Origin: a virus
Taxonomy: Duplodnaviria; Caudoviricetes
IMG/VR virus record: IMGVR_UViG_3300032038_000015
Span: 1 to 64,000 of that record
Reading direction: 5' to 3' (one strand)
Length of the DNA stretch: 64,000 nt
Shown here: positions 49,961-60,204 of the stretch, piece by piece
Numbering within the stretch: the stretch's first letter is position 1
Layout: the number at the start of each line of letters is the position of its first letter
Position numbers and translations under genes: made by a program
The notes under the pieces: model-generated
The model's input: the letters and a program-made list of their open reading frames with translations, nothing else
The model's database searches: none
Told to the model about the DNA's origin: nothing

Positions 49961-51607
49961 ATGCCCAAAAAGAAGAAAAGACGAATTATGTCTATTGATG
50001 AGCTATATGAGTTCTGTTTAAAGAATAATTTTGCTCATTTTGATAGTAATGAATTCGGTAAAGAACTCATGGTTCGAATGAATGGTAATTTTGAAAAAAC
50101 TTCCAAGGATGAAGATAAACATAAAGAGTCTCTTACTCCATTCGTCAGTCGTGCATTTCACGATCATGTCAATCTCAATAAATCGGAAATCTCCGAAGAA
50201 TCTTTCAATGAAAATGTCCCATCAGCAAACTTTCGCCCAATCTTAGCACATATCACTACCAACTCAGACAATGAATTAGACTTCGGTAGCCATGATTATT
50301 ATGTGACTACTGACAAAGATGGTAATGACAAAGTTGTATATGAAGAACAGCCTATCGGTGTTATTGATGGTACAAAGACTACTATTGAATATGATGAAGA
50401 CGCTGGCGTAAATCGTGCAGTTTTGCATGGTTATTTATACGATGAGTATTGTCAAGATGCAATTGAGATTCTGAATAGACGTGGAACTGTAGATTGTTCG
50501 GTGGAATTATGCATAAGAGAGTTATCTTTTAATAATGAAAACAAGACTCTTTTATTAGATGATTTTTATGTATCAGGTCTAACTTTGCTATCGAAGGATG
50601 TATCACCAGGAATGGCAGGAAGCAATTTCAAAATTGAAGATTTTGCAGTAACCACAGAAACTGCAACATTTAATACAGATAATCAATTGGTTGAAACTTT
50701 AGAGAAATTAACAAATATTCTCGAAAGCTTTGATATAAAAAATAATCCAAGAAAGGAGGAAACACGAGTGGTCAACAAGGATTTTGAGGAAGTTACTGAA
50801 ACTGAAGAGGTAACTGAGACAGAAGAAACCACCGAGGAGGAAGTAACTGTAACGAAGAATGAATCTGAAGAGACAGTCGATGAAACCTCCAAGGAAACTA
50901 CTGAGGAAGAAACTTCCGAAGAAGATACTGAAACAGAGTCTAAGAACGAAGAAACTGTCGAGGAAGAGAAAAAAGATTATTCTATTTCAGTTAAATATGC
51001 TGATAAAGAGTTTTCTATCTCATTACAGGAAAAGATTTATGCACTTTCAGATTTAGTAAACGCAACATATGCGGATTCTGATAATACATGGTATGGCGTA
51101 ATTGCTTATGAAGATTATGTAATTATGCAGGATTGGTGGTCAGGAAAATATTTTAAACAGACTTATAAAGAGGAAGGTGAAGTATTTACTCTTACTGGCG
51201 ATAGAATTCCTGTATTTGCAGAGTTTGTTACTCAGGAAGAATTAGATTCATTAAATGATATGCGTTCAAACTACGCTGCACTCAAAGAGTTTAAGGAGAC
51301 AGCAGAAAAGAATGAACTTCATGCAAAGCGTGAGGAAATTCTTGCAAATGAAAACTTCGCTTCTATCTCTGAAAAAGATGAAGAAGGAAAATTCATTAAT
51401 AAGGATTTTGAGAAACTGTATACAAATATGGATAACTACTCTCTCGAAGATTTAGAGAAGGAAGCAAAACTTATCTATGCAGATTCTAACATGAAGACTT
51501 TTGCAGCTACCACTGATAAAACTCAGAAAAAGTCAACTGTAAAAGTATTCGCCAATGTAAACAAGTCTAAGAAAGATAACCGTTACGGAAATCTTTTTAG
51601 TAAATAA
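49961..51607 (+). CDS. Prohead protease/scaffold protein
   Basis: H.N.N.S, SVE motifs, long acidic linker; between portal and capsid. Confidence 0.75.
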   Translation: MPKKKKRRIMSIDELYEFCLKNNFAHFDSNEFGKELMVRMNGNFEKTSKDEDKHKESLTPFVSRAFHDHVNLNKSEISEESFNENVPSANFRPILAHITTNSDNELDFGSHDYYVTTDKDGNDKVVYEEQPIGVIDGTKTTIEYDEDAGVNRAVLHGYLYDEYCQDAIEILNRRGTVDCSVELCIRELSFNNENKTLLLDDFYVSGLTLLSKDVSPGMAGSNFKIEDFAVTTETATFNTDNQLVETLEKLTNILESFDIKNNPRKEETRVVNKDFEEVTETEEVTETEETTEEEVTVTKNESEETVDETSKETTEEETSEEDTETESKNEETVEEEKKDYSISVKYADKEFSISLQEKIYALSDLVNATYADSDNTWYGVIAYEDYVIMQDWWSGKYFKQTYKEEGEVFTLTGDRIPVFAEFVTQEELDSLNDMRSNYAALKEFKETAEKNELHAKREEILANENFASISEKDEEGKFINKDFEKLYTNMDNYSLEDLEKEAKLIYADSNMKTFAATTDKTQKKSTVKVFANVNKSKKDNRYGNLFSK

Positions 51608-51684
51608 AACAAGAAATATAAATCATTGTAATGGCACTCAAATTGAGTGTCTTTTTTAATGCAAAAATTTAAGGAGGATAAAAC

Positions 51685-52179
51685 ATGATTCAGGTTAGTA
51701 TTGCAAAACATGCAGTAGCTTTCCCTTCTAAGGTTCTCGCAAGAGATGGTGGAAAGCATATTTATAACATTCAGTTAGCAGAAGCAGCTAGTGCTTATGT
51801 GGATAATGGCTGGTTCGTTGGCAAGGGCGATTTTATTGAGTTAGATCTTTATAAAGCAGCAGCACCTACTTCATTTGAAGGAAAGGTCGTTGGTAAGGCA
51901 AATAATGGAAATTTCTATGTAGAAGTAGTAACTCCTGGAGATGCCCTGTTTGTATACCAGGTACCAATGATCGAGGAGACATATAGCAACACATTTAAGA
52001 AAGAAAGCAACTATACAAACGCTCCTACTCAGGTAGTTAGAGCTTATGAACTCGCAGTTGGTGATGTAGTTGAAATTTCAGCAGATGGATTTTCTGGTGA
52101 CATCGCTGTTAAAGACGGTGTTGAACTCAAAGCAATTTCTGGTGTAACTGCCGCTATGCAGCTTACAAAGAAAGCCTAA
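51685..52179 (+). CDS. Capsid-associated (decoration) protein
   Basis: Position and high-expression codon bias. Confidence 0.6.
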   Translation: MIQVSIAKHAVAFPSKVLARDGGKHIYNIQLAEAASAYVDNGWFVGKGDFIELDLYKAAAPTSFEGKVVGKANNGNFYVEVVTPGDALFVYQVPMIEETYSNTFKKESNYTNAPTQVVRAYELAVGDVVEISADGFSGDIAVKDGVELKAISGVTAAMQLTKKA

Positions 52180-52204
52180 TTTTTGAGAAAGGAGAAATAA
52201 ATAA

Positions 52205-53263
52205 ATGTTAGATACAAGTGTAAAAAATCTTATGTTTGACCTCGGTGCAGGTCGTGAAATTTATGATACTGATTCTAATCGTGTAATTTCTAAGGCAGAA
52301 GCTAGTGACACAATTAGAAAGGCTTGTTTCGATTTCCTTGGACTTACTAAGGATTCTACAAATAAGCAGATTAAGAGAGCTTTAAACTCTGAGAGAGGAA
52401 CACAGTTCTTCGAGGTAATTGAAGAGATTATTGATACTCAGATTGCTCATGGACTTTCTGAGAATGAGTTCTTCAATAACTATGTTGAGTCTAAAAACAT
52501 GAAAGATGGAGATGTAAATGAATTCTGGGCTGATGATGAAGTATTACTTACTGTAAGCAAGATCAGCGGTGACGCACATGACTTATCCATTCAGCGTTTA
52601 GGTTCTGGTCAGTCTTATCATGTTGATACAGCAGTATATGGTATCAAGGTTGGTGGAGATATTCGTCTCTTCTTAACTGGTCGTAAGGATTGGGGTGCTT
52701 TCGTGGATGCGGTTGTTAAGGCTTATATCCAGAAGGTTCAGACACTCATTTCTTCTCAGTTTGCAAATGGTGTAAACCTTATTCCTGTTCCTGCTACTCT
52801 CAAGGGTACTGGTGCTTTAGCCGCTTCTACAAAGGCTCAGTTTGATGCAATTATCGAAAAGGTTGGTGCTGCTAACGAAAGCGGTGTTGTAATCATGGGT
52901 ACTAAGACAGCATTAAAGTCTCTTAATGCTCTTACAAAGGTTGATTGGGCTGATCCTGCTAATTCAATTAAGGAGTCTGTAGCAAACACAGGTATTATCG
53001 GTGGCTACGAAGGAACACCTCTTATGGAGATCCCACAGAAGTTTACTGATAAGTCTCTTGCTACTCCTATCGTTGATAATAAGAAGCTCTATATTATGCC
53101 AGCAGTTGATGATAGATTTATCAAGTTTGTTGACTATGGAGAGACTGAACTTGAAGTAAACGAAAAAGGTGCTACTAAGGATGATATGCAGTCTTATGAG
53201 GTACAGAGACGTATGGGTGTCGCAACTCTTATGACTCGTTATCATGGTGAGTGGGATCTGTAA
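52205..53263 (+). CDS. Major capsid protein
   Basis: 352 aa, strong codon bias, followed by terminator. Confidence 0.8.
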   Translation: MLDTSVKNLMFDLGAGREIYDTDSNRVISKAEASDTIRKACFDFLGLTKDSTNKQIKRALNSERGTQFFEVIEEIIDTQIAHGLSENEFFNNYVESKNMKDGDVNEFWADDEVLLTVSKISGDAHDLSIQRLGSGQSYHVDTAVYGIKVGGDIRLFLTGRKDWGAFVDAVVKAYIQKVQTLISSQFANGVNLIPVPATLKGTGALAASTKAQFDAIIEKVGAANESGVVIMGTKTALKSLNALTKVDWADPANSIKESVANTGIIGGYEGTPLMEIPQKFTDKSLATPIVDNKKLYIMPAVDDRFIKFVDYGETELEVNEKGATKDDMQSYEVQRRMGVATLMTRYHGEWDL

Positions 53264-53287
53264 GATTTACTTATAGATTGATTATAC

Positions 53288-53316
53288 GGAGGGTGGATTA
53301 CCACTCTCCTATTTTT
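53288..53316 (+). terminator. Intrinsic terminator after capsid gene
   Basis: ggagggtgg-atta-ccactctcc plus T-run. Confidence 0.7.
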
Positions 53317-53334
53317 GAAAGGAATTGAAAGGAA

Positions 53335-53874
53335 ATGGCATATACAAAGAAAACTGCTACTACTAGTAGTACAGAAAAGGTAACAAAAACTACAGAAGTT
53401 AAAGAAGATGTAAAAACATTTTCACCCGAAGATACTGTTCCATGTCGTTCATTAGTAAGTGGTGGACTTTATATCGAGGGAGCACGTTCACACATCCTTT
53501 ATAGTTGGGCTGATTGTGGAGATGTAGTTGATGTTGAATACAGAGATTTAATTTATCTCGTTAGAACTCGTGAAGATGTAAACATTTATTCACCAAGAAT
53601 TATTATTGAGGATGAAGATTTTGTTGAACAGAATAAGTCTGTAAAAGACTTATATGAGTCCATGTATGAAACAAGTGACTTAAATGAGATTTTAAATCTT
53701 CCTGTTCCTCAGATGTCAGAAACAATTAAAAAGCTTCCAAAGGGAGCAAAGGAAGCTCTTAAAGGTATTGCTTCTACAATGATTGAATCTCATGCACTTG
53801 ATTCAGTTCACAAAATTAAGGCTCTTGATGAAATTTTTGGTACAAAAATGTTACTTACATTAGTTCAGGAATAG
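53335..53874 (+). CDS. Head morphogenesis protein
   Basis: Synteny after major capsid protein. Confidence 0.6.
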   Translation: MAYTKKTATTSSTEKVTKTTEVKEDVKTFSPEDTVPCRSLVSGGLYIEGARSHILYSWADCGDVVDVEYRDLIYLVRTREDVNIYSPRIIIEDEDFVEQNKSVKDLYESMYETSDLNEILNLPVPQMSETIKKLPKGAKEALKGIASTMIESHALDSVHKIKALDEIFGTKMLLTLVQE

Positions 53875-53889
53875 TAAAGGAGGCTCACA

Positions 53890-54345
53890 ATGACGCTTCC
53901 ATACGAAACAATTTTTTCACGAACAAGAGGACGAATTTCAGATCCGAAGGAACTCTCTCTTGATGAAAATGATTTGCTTGAGATATATACAGAACGATTA
54001 AGCAATGTAATTTCTAATCCAAGAGTGCGTAGATTATTCTCTTCTCTCACACTCGATGATGAAATTCAACAGTTGGATTTTACACTGAATAATTCAGTAG
54101 ACGAAACGGCTGATATGAATTTTGTCGTAGGAATTCTTGTACTTGGAATGACGATTGAGTGGTTACAACCACAGGTTGATTCTATTATGCACACATCAGT
54201 AATGATAGGTGGCAAGGAAGAAAAGAAGCTACTTGATAATCATAAAAATATGATTGACCGTCTGGATTCCATGAAAACTGAATTGAATAAACGTATTCGT
54301 GATTACGGATATATGTACAATTCTTATATCAACACGGAGTCATAA
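53890..54345 (+). CDS. Head-tail adaptor
   Basis: Synteny, size. Confidence 0.6.
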   Translation: MTLPYETIFSRTRGRISDPKELSLDENDLLEIYTERLSNVISNPRVRRLFSSLTLDDEIQQLDFTLNNSVDETADMNFVVGILVLGMTIEWLQPQVDSIMHTSVMIGGKEEKKLLDNHKNMIDRLDSMKTELNKRIRDYGYMYNSYINTES

Positions 54346-54346
54346 T

Positions 54347-54712
54347 ATGCAATACATATATGGCAACTTCACAGACAAGCAAATCAATGAAGCAGTTCGT
54401 GCAATGCATGGTGACATTCACAAACTACTACTTTATAAAGACAAGACAATTGAAGAGAAAATATTTGAAGATGACGAAGCATTTCTCGTCTTCTTTGAGA
54501 ATGTTATGTTTAAATTAGGTGGTACAAAAACCTTATTTAATGATAATGGACTTATGGTAACTCTTATGGCAACTTTACAAGGTGCTATGGATAATTTCAA
54601 GAGTGACCATTTTAGTTACAAAAAATTCCGTAGAGCAATCTTAGATTCTCACGGATATATTAAAGCAATGTTTGAGGAGGTGGATTGCGATGCCGAGTCT
54701 ACAGACAGCTAG
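54347..54712 (+). CDS. Virion morphogenesis protein
   Basis: Synteny. Confidence 0.55.
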   Translation: MQYIYGNFTDKQINEAVRAMHGDIHKLLLYKDKTIEEKIFEDDEAFLVFFENVMFKLGGTKTLFNDNGLMVTLMATLQGAMDNFKSDHFSYKKFRRAILDSHGYIKAMFEEVDCDAESTDS

Positions 54713-55952
54713 GCGTGTCGCAAACGCCAAGAACAACGGAGCTAAAACGATTGGTCAGATTTATAAGGAACAGTCTGATTGGGCGATGGAACAGACATTT
54801 GAAAACGACATCGCTACTAGGACTTGTTATATCTACGACCATTTTCATGATGACTTCTTCACAGATGAACATGGAATCACACGTTCACTTGCTGAAGGTA
54901 TGACATACGAAAATACCAATAAGACAAAAATAGACGCAAAGTTTATTATTAAATCTTATCAGTCAATGGATAAAGATCAAGTGGAATACTATCTTATGTT
55001 TCGTCCAAGCCAGCCTGTAAGATTCAATGAAGGTGATGACCTTTATTATTATGAGACTGATTTTAGGAAACGCTATGGAGCGACATTTCCGATAGGGCTT
55101 TTCGTGGACGTTCCAGATGATAGAGGAATTTATCATAAGTGGATTGTCTGTCGTAATGAACCTGCAAATCAGTTTCCAAAATATCTGATTTTACCAGTAA
55201 ATTACGAACTTACATGGATTGAAAAATCTAATGATAAGCGCATCAAGAGACGTATGTGGTGTTGTTTAAGACAACAGAATTCCTACACTATAGGCACTTA
55301 CACCGACCGATATTTTACACATACTGATAATCAGGATAAGATATGGTTGCCAATGAACTCTATTACAGAGAAGTTTTGGTACACTTCTGAAGATTCTAAA
55401 AATATGCGTGTTGTAGTAAGTGCTTTAACAGAACATCCTACTGTATGGACAGTGACTAAGGTTGAAAATTCAATGCCACTTGGTATTCAAAAACTTACTA
55501 TATATACGGCATTTTGGAACGAGCGTACTGATTATGTCAATCTTGAAACAGGCGAAATGTATGCGAACTATTTCGATTCAGAAATTGCCCCAACAGATCC
55601 ATCTACTCCAACCACTCCCCCATCTTCTATCACAGCAAGAATTTCAGCATCCACTTCAACAATTAAAGTTGGTGGCTCTTATAAAAATCTCACAGTAAAT
55701 CTATTTAATGATTCCAATGAAGATATTACAACTGAATATGCTGATGCAACTTTTACATGGACTTGCTCTATTGATAATGAAGACTGGACTGATAAAGTAA
55801 CATGGCGAGTTGGTACAGAGTATAACCAAAAGAAAGTAAAGTTTCCTAACGACAGTTCCGTTATCGGCAAAATACTGTCGATTAAGTGTGAAATTGTTAA
55901 GGATAACTTGCCGATTGAATCTGAAATTTTACCATTGGAACTAACTGAGTAA
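54690..55952 (+). CDS. Head closure/neck protein with Ig-like C-terminus
   Basis: Synteny; PT-rich linker then Ig-like domain. Confidence 0.6.
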   Translation: MPSLQTARRVANAKNNGAKTIGQIYKEQSDWAMEQTFENDIATRTCYIYDHFHDDFFTDEHGITRSLAEGMTYENTNKTKIDAKFIIKSYQSMDKDQVEYYLMFRPSQPVRFNEGDDLYYYETDFRKRYGATFPIGLFVDVPDDRGIYHKWIVCRNEPANQFPKYLILPVNYELTWIEKSNDKRIKRRMWCCLRQQNSYTIGTYTDRYFTHTDNQDKIWLPMNSITEKFWYTSEDSKNMRVVVSALTEHPTVWTVTKVENSMPLGIQKLTIYTAFWNERTDYVNLETGEMYANYFDSEIAPTDPSTPTTPPSSITARISASTSTIKVGGSYKNLTVNLFNDSNEDITTEYADATFTWTCSIDNEDWTDKVTWRVGTEYNQKKVKFPNDSSVIGKILSIKCEIVKDNLPIESEILPLELTE

Positions 55953-55966
55953 GGAGGTGTTTTTAT

Positions 55967-56617
55967 ATGGCAGAAAAATTAGTTACAAAAAATGACTTGT
56001 TGAATAAGCTTCGTGTATATAACAACACTCCTGATGATGAAAATATTCAGTATAAGAAAAAGATTGAAAAAGCACTTATGCTTAATCCATGTCTTTTATA
56101 TGCACTTAATGAAAAATCATTAGAATCTGAACTTTTTGATGATGATGGTAATATTAACTGGGAATGGAACGAAGATACAAAAGAATATGAACCTATTGGT
56201 GAATGGGATAGATATTTTGGTGGAACATCTAACATCCGTCCTTATTTATTTATTCCAGATACTCAGACTGAGGTAAAACATTATATCTGTTATCAAGTAT
56301 CTTTTGATGAGATGCCTCGTTATCAGGATACATTAAAGTATACGAATATTACATTTACTATTTTTGTGCATGGTAACGATAGAGATGATAAATTAACTGG
56401 CATTCCAAGACATGATCTTATTGCTTCTATTATAAGAGAGAGATTTAATTGGTCGAATATATTTGGAATGCAGACACATCTTATCTCTTCTAGGGAATCT
56501 GCTACAGATAATAATTATCTTGTTCGTACTCTTGTATTCCAAGTTGTTGATACTAATGGAATTCATAGAACAACAGATGGAAAGCCTTCTATTGTAAATT
56601 ACGGTGTAAGGCGGTGA
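55967..56617 (+). CDS. Tail terminator-like protein
   Basis: Synteny; RHDLIASII motif. Confidence 0.55.
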   Translation: MAEKLVTKNDLLNKLRVYNNTPDDENIQYKKKIEKALMLNPCLLYALNEKSLESELFDDDGNINWEWNEDTKEYEPIGEWDRYFGGTSNIRPYLFIPDTQTEVKHYICYQVSFDEMPRYQDTLKYTNITFTIFVHGNDRDDKLTGIPRHDLIASIIRERFNWSNIFGMQTHLISSRESATDNNYLVRTLVFQVVDTNGIHRTTDGKPSIVNYGVRR

Positions 56618-56621
56618 TTGC

Positions 56622-57455
56622 TTGGATGTATTAGAAACATTGGATAGTCTTCAATCTGCTGCCGAAGAAGATGTTAAAAAGAAACAAGAAAAAAGTCGTA
56701 AACCAGAATACCATTTCGACAAACTTAAAATGTATTTTGGTGAGGATTATACAATAAATGGTATAACTATTTCAATTCCAACCATAGGAGATATTTTGAA
56801 TATTGGTGAGTCCAAATTTTATCAAGCAATATCTCCTTTTCTTAGTAATTCTACCTCCATTCGAGTTCTTCTATATGATGTATTCAAAAAAGACTGGAAT
56901 AAAACAAAAGATATTGAAGTGTTTTATATCTTATATCAATTGCTTGAAGATAAAGAACCGCTAAAGCTACTATTCAAAGATTTTAGTTTTGATGGATTTG
57001 AACTAATTCAAGCAAGAAAAAATGTTGACGATCCAGAATACAATCATCTTGCACTTTTTAATCAAGATAAAAATATGATTATTTATGATGATGAATACAT
57101 GGAAATTGCTGAATTTATTCGAGCAATGATGAATGTTCATCCAAAGGTGGAAAAAGCAAAAGGCAGAACAACAAAACAATGGATTTTACAGGAAGATAGA
57201 ATGAAAGCTGAACAGGATGATAAAAAGAAAGGTACATCAACTCTTTTACCACTTGTTTCGAGTTGTATAAATCATCCTGGTTTTAAATATAAGTTGGAAG
57301 AATTAAAACAAGTGAACATATGTCAATTCATGGATTCTGTAAACAGAATTCAAAAATATGAACAGGGAACGGCTGCTCTACACGGAATTTACGGTGGTAT
57401 GGTGTCAGCCAAAGACATTCCTGAAGATTTAATCAATTTTATGGGCGATATTTAA
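56622..57455 (+). CDS. Phage morphogenesis protein
   Basis: Synteny. Confidence 0.55.
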   Translation: MDVLETLDSLQSAAEEDVKKKQEKSRKPEYHFDKLKMYFGEDYTINGITISIPTIGDILNIGESKFYQAISPFLSNSTSIRVLLYDVFKKDWNKTKDIEVFYILYQLLEDKEPLKLLFKDFSFDGFELIQARKNVDDPEYNHLALFNQDKNMIIYDDEYMEIAEFIRAMMNVHPKVEKAKGRTTKQWILQEDRMKAEQDDKKKGTSTLLPLVSSCINHPGFKYKLEELKQVNICQFMDSVNRIQKYEQGTAALHGIYGGMVSAKDIPEDLINFMGDI

Positions 57456-57506
57456 TCGCTCATTTTTATTGCATAAAAATAACAATTTTAAAGGAGGAAA
57501 ATAATT

Positions 57507-58343
57507 ATGGCATTTAAATTAGGTGACGTAATCGTAGATAGACTTCAGTTTGGTTACGGTGCAAAAACCAATGGTACACCTTTGTATGCTTTAACACAGC
57601 TTACACAGGCAAATATTGATATTACTGCTGAGTCAACAGATATTAATGATAAGGATGGAAACCTTGTATACCGTAAGTATACAGGTAAGAAAGGTGAGGT
57701 TACTGCAACTAATGCATTCCTTAACCTTGCCGTTGTAGAAACTATTTCTGCTACTGATGCTGAAATCGCAACCACGGATAAAGGCGTTGTTATGCCAATG
57801 ATTCAAATTGTAAAAGCTGGTGACACACTTGATATCACTGGGTATGTTGAAGGTTCTATTCATGTAAATGCTCTTTCTACAAAGGGTTCTATGGGTAAGG
57901 ACGAATTTAAGAAAGGATCTGCTGCTTCTGCTACTGAATATGCAATTAACCATACCGATGCTTCGGGTGATCCAGATAATACACCTGCGAGTGATGTATT
58001 AGTACCACCTACCGCAGATGGTGAAACTCAGTATATTGTCAAGTATAAGAAGACAATTAAGAGCGGAGCAAAGATTACCAACTCTGGTAAAAAGTTCCCT
58101 AAGTCTCATGAGTTGTTCTTCAAGGCACTTGTAGTAGATAAGTGTGAAACTGATGTGTTAAAAGCAGCTATCATTCATATCCCTTCATTTATGCCAAGTC
58201 CTGAATTCTCACTTGCATTACAGGGTGGTGATTCTCAGACGATGGATTATAAGGGTTCTATGATGTTAAATGCTTGCTCTACAGATGGAGAACTTTTCTC
58301 TATTTACTACATTGACGAGGAAGATGACAATATTGAATTATAA
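57507..58343 (+). CDS. Major tail tube protein
   Basis: Codon bias, size, followed by terminator. Confidence 0.7.
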   Translation: MAFKLGDVIVDRLQFGYGAKTNGTPLYALTQLTQANIDITAESTDINDKDGNLVYRKYTGKKGEVTATNAFLNLAVVETISATDAEIATTDKGVVMPMIQIVKAGDTLDITGYVEGSIHVNALSTKGSMGKDEFKKGSAASATEYAINHTDASGDPDNTPASDVLVPPTADGETQYIVKYKKTIKSGAKITNSGKKFPKSHELFFKALVVDKCETDVLKAAIIHIPSFMPSPEFSLALQGGDSQTMDYKGSMMLNACSTDGELFSIYYIDEEDDNIEL

Positions 58344-58392
58344 GAACATTTAGGGCAGTTTAACTACTGCCCTCTTCTTACAAGGAGGAACA

Positions 58393-58767
58393 ATGGCAAA
58401 GAAAGAATTGAGAACTTGTGTACTTTGTGGTAAAACTTACTCATTCTGTCCTGTTTGTAATCCAGAAGACAGTTTGAAACCAACATGGTATTTTTGTTGG
58501 TGTTCAGATAATTGTCATGAGATTGATAAAGTTACTTCTGCTTTTGAAGATGGTCGAATGACTGATATAAAAGCTAAAGAAAAATTAGAAAAATTAGATT
58601 TAAGCAGAAAAGAATATTTTGGCGAAAGCTATAAAAATTCTATTGCTTCTATTATGAAAGCAAAAGCACAAGTTGGTAAGAAAGAAAATAAAAAGACAGA
58701 AACCAAACATATCAAAAATGGTATTATTACAAAAGTCGAAAATAAGGCGGAAAGTAATGTTGAATAG
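58393..58767 (+). CDS. Zinc-finger protein
   Basis: CVLCG..Y.FCPVC...CSDNC. Confidence 0.7.
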   Translation: MAKKELRTCVLCGKTYSFCPVCNPEDSLKPTWYFCWCSDNCHEIDKVTSAFEDGRMTDIKAKEKLEKLDLSRKEYFGESYKNSIASIMKAKAQVGKKENKKTETKHIKNGIITKVENKAESNVE

Positions 58768-58853
58768 TGATTTTTAAATAAGGGATTATAACATACCACT
58801 ATTCAATGTTGTAATCCCTATTTTTTACGCTATTTACGTGAGGAATAAAAGGA

Positions 58854-59075
58854 ATGATAAAAACAAATTTAAAACCGAGAAACTATTCGATACACGAAGT
58901 TGTGAGAATAGTTAATCCAAAGCAATATTTGTTGTATATCAAAAATGGCGTATATCCAATAGATATGTACACAAGTATTGACGATGATACAAATAACATC
59001 ATTTTGGCAGTTGTATTTCTTAAAGAAGAAACAACAGACGTTTATAAGAAATGGTGTAATCATGAATTAGCATAG
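58854..59075 (+). CDS. Small phage protein
   Basis: NPKQ..LYIKNGVYP motif. Confidence 0.65.
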   Translation: MIKTNLKPRNYSIHEVVRIVNPKQYLLYIKNGVYPIDMYTSIDDDTNNIILAVVFLKEETTDVYKKWCNHELA

Positions 59076-59197
59076 GACTAATTAAATGAATAGGTTGCTC
59101 AAGACAATGAGTATAAAAGTAGATGTCATACCTGTGAGTGAACGATTACGGAATCAATAGTCAGGTCGCTACTGCTATCCTATGGAAAGGAAAATTT

Positions 59198-59476
59198 ATG
59201 AACAAAATTAACTGGAAAGTTCGTTTTAACAAAGAAAATGTTTTATTTATTGGACAGGTTATTATTTCTGTAGTAATTCCAATTCTTACATATTTTGGAT
59301 TACAAGCATCAGATTTAACCACTTGGACAAAAGTATGGGAAACGTTTATACAGGCAGTAAGTAATCCATATGTCGTTGTAATGGCGTTAGTATCTTTATT
59401 TAATGCGATTACTGATCCTACTACTAAAGGAATAAAGGATTCTACGTCTGCATTATCTTATACCAAGCCTAAATAG
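59198..59476 (+). CDS. Holin (phi LC3 family)
   Basis: INWKVRF...DPTTKGIKDS. Confidence 0.9.
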   Translation: MNKINWKVRFNKENVLFIGQVIISVVIPILTYFGLQASDLTTWTKVWETFIQAVSNPYVVVMALVSLFNAITDPTTKGIKDSTSALSYTKPK

Positions 59477-59588
59477 AACTGAGGGTTAAAACAGATAAAA
59501 TAAACTTATAAAAAGTTATAAATAGTTGTTGACTTTTATAATTTTTATTGATAGAATAAAGTATAAACATTATAAGGAGATTTTAATT

Positions 59589-60188
59589 ATGAGTAAATAC
59601 TATTCTATCAATGAGTTTTCAAAAATTTTAGGAGTTTCAGCACAAACATTACGGAATTGGGATAAGAATGGAAAACTTCATCCACATCATACTTCTAGCA
59701 ATGGATATAGATATTATTCTCACGAACAATTAAATCAAGTTATGAATATAAAACCAAATCTTGATAGGATTACCATTGGTTATTGCAGAGTTTCAAGTAA
59801 TAAACAAAAAGACGATTTGGAATGTCAAATAGAGAATATGAAATTGTACTTAACTGCACAAGGAAAGCCTTTTGAGATTATTAGTGATATCGGTTCTGGA
59901 ATCAATTATAAGAAAAAAGGATTAAAAGAATTGATTAAACGAATATCTCAGAACAAGGTCGAAAAGGTTGTAGTTTTATATAAAGATAGATTATTGAGAT
60001 TTGGTTTTGAATTGGTTGAATATATCGCAAGTTTATATAATTGTGATATAGAAATAATTGACAATACTGAAAAATCAGAACAACAAGAACTTGTTGAAGA
60101 TTTAGTACAAATAATAACTGTATTCAGTTGTAAATTACAAGGAAAACGAGCAAATAAAGCAAGAAAACTTGTTAAAGAACTTATATAA
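59589..60188 (+). CDS. tnpA: IS607 serine transposase TnpA (MerR HTH plus resolvase)
   Basis: GVSAQTLRNWD, YCRVSS, DRLLRFGF. Confidence 0.93.
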   Translation: MSKYYSINEFSKILGVSAQTLRNWDKNGKLHPHHTSSNGYRYYSHEQLNQVMNIKPNLDRITIGYCRVSSNKQKDDLECQIENMKLYLTAQGKPFEIISDIGSGINYKKKGLKELIKRISQNKVEKVVVLYKDRLLRFGFELVEYIASLYNCDIEIIDNTEKSEQQELVEDLVQIITVFSCKLQGKRANKARKLVKELI

Positions 60189-60204
60189 GAAGGTGGTGAA
60201 GATA

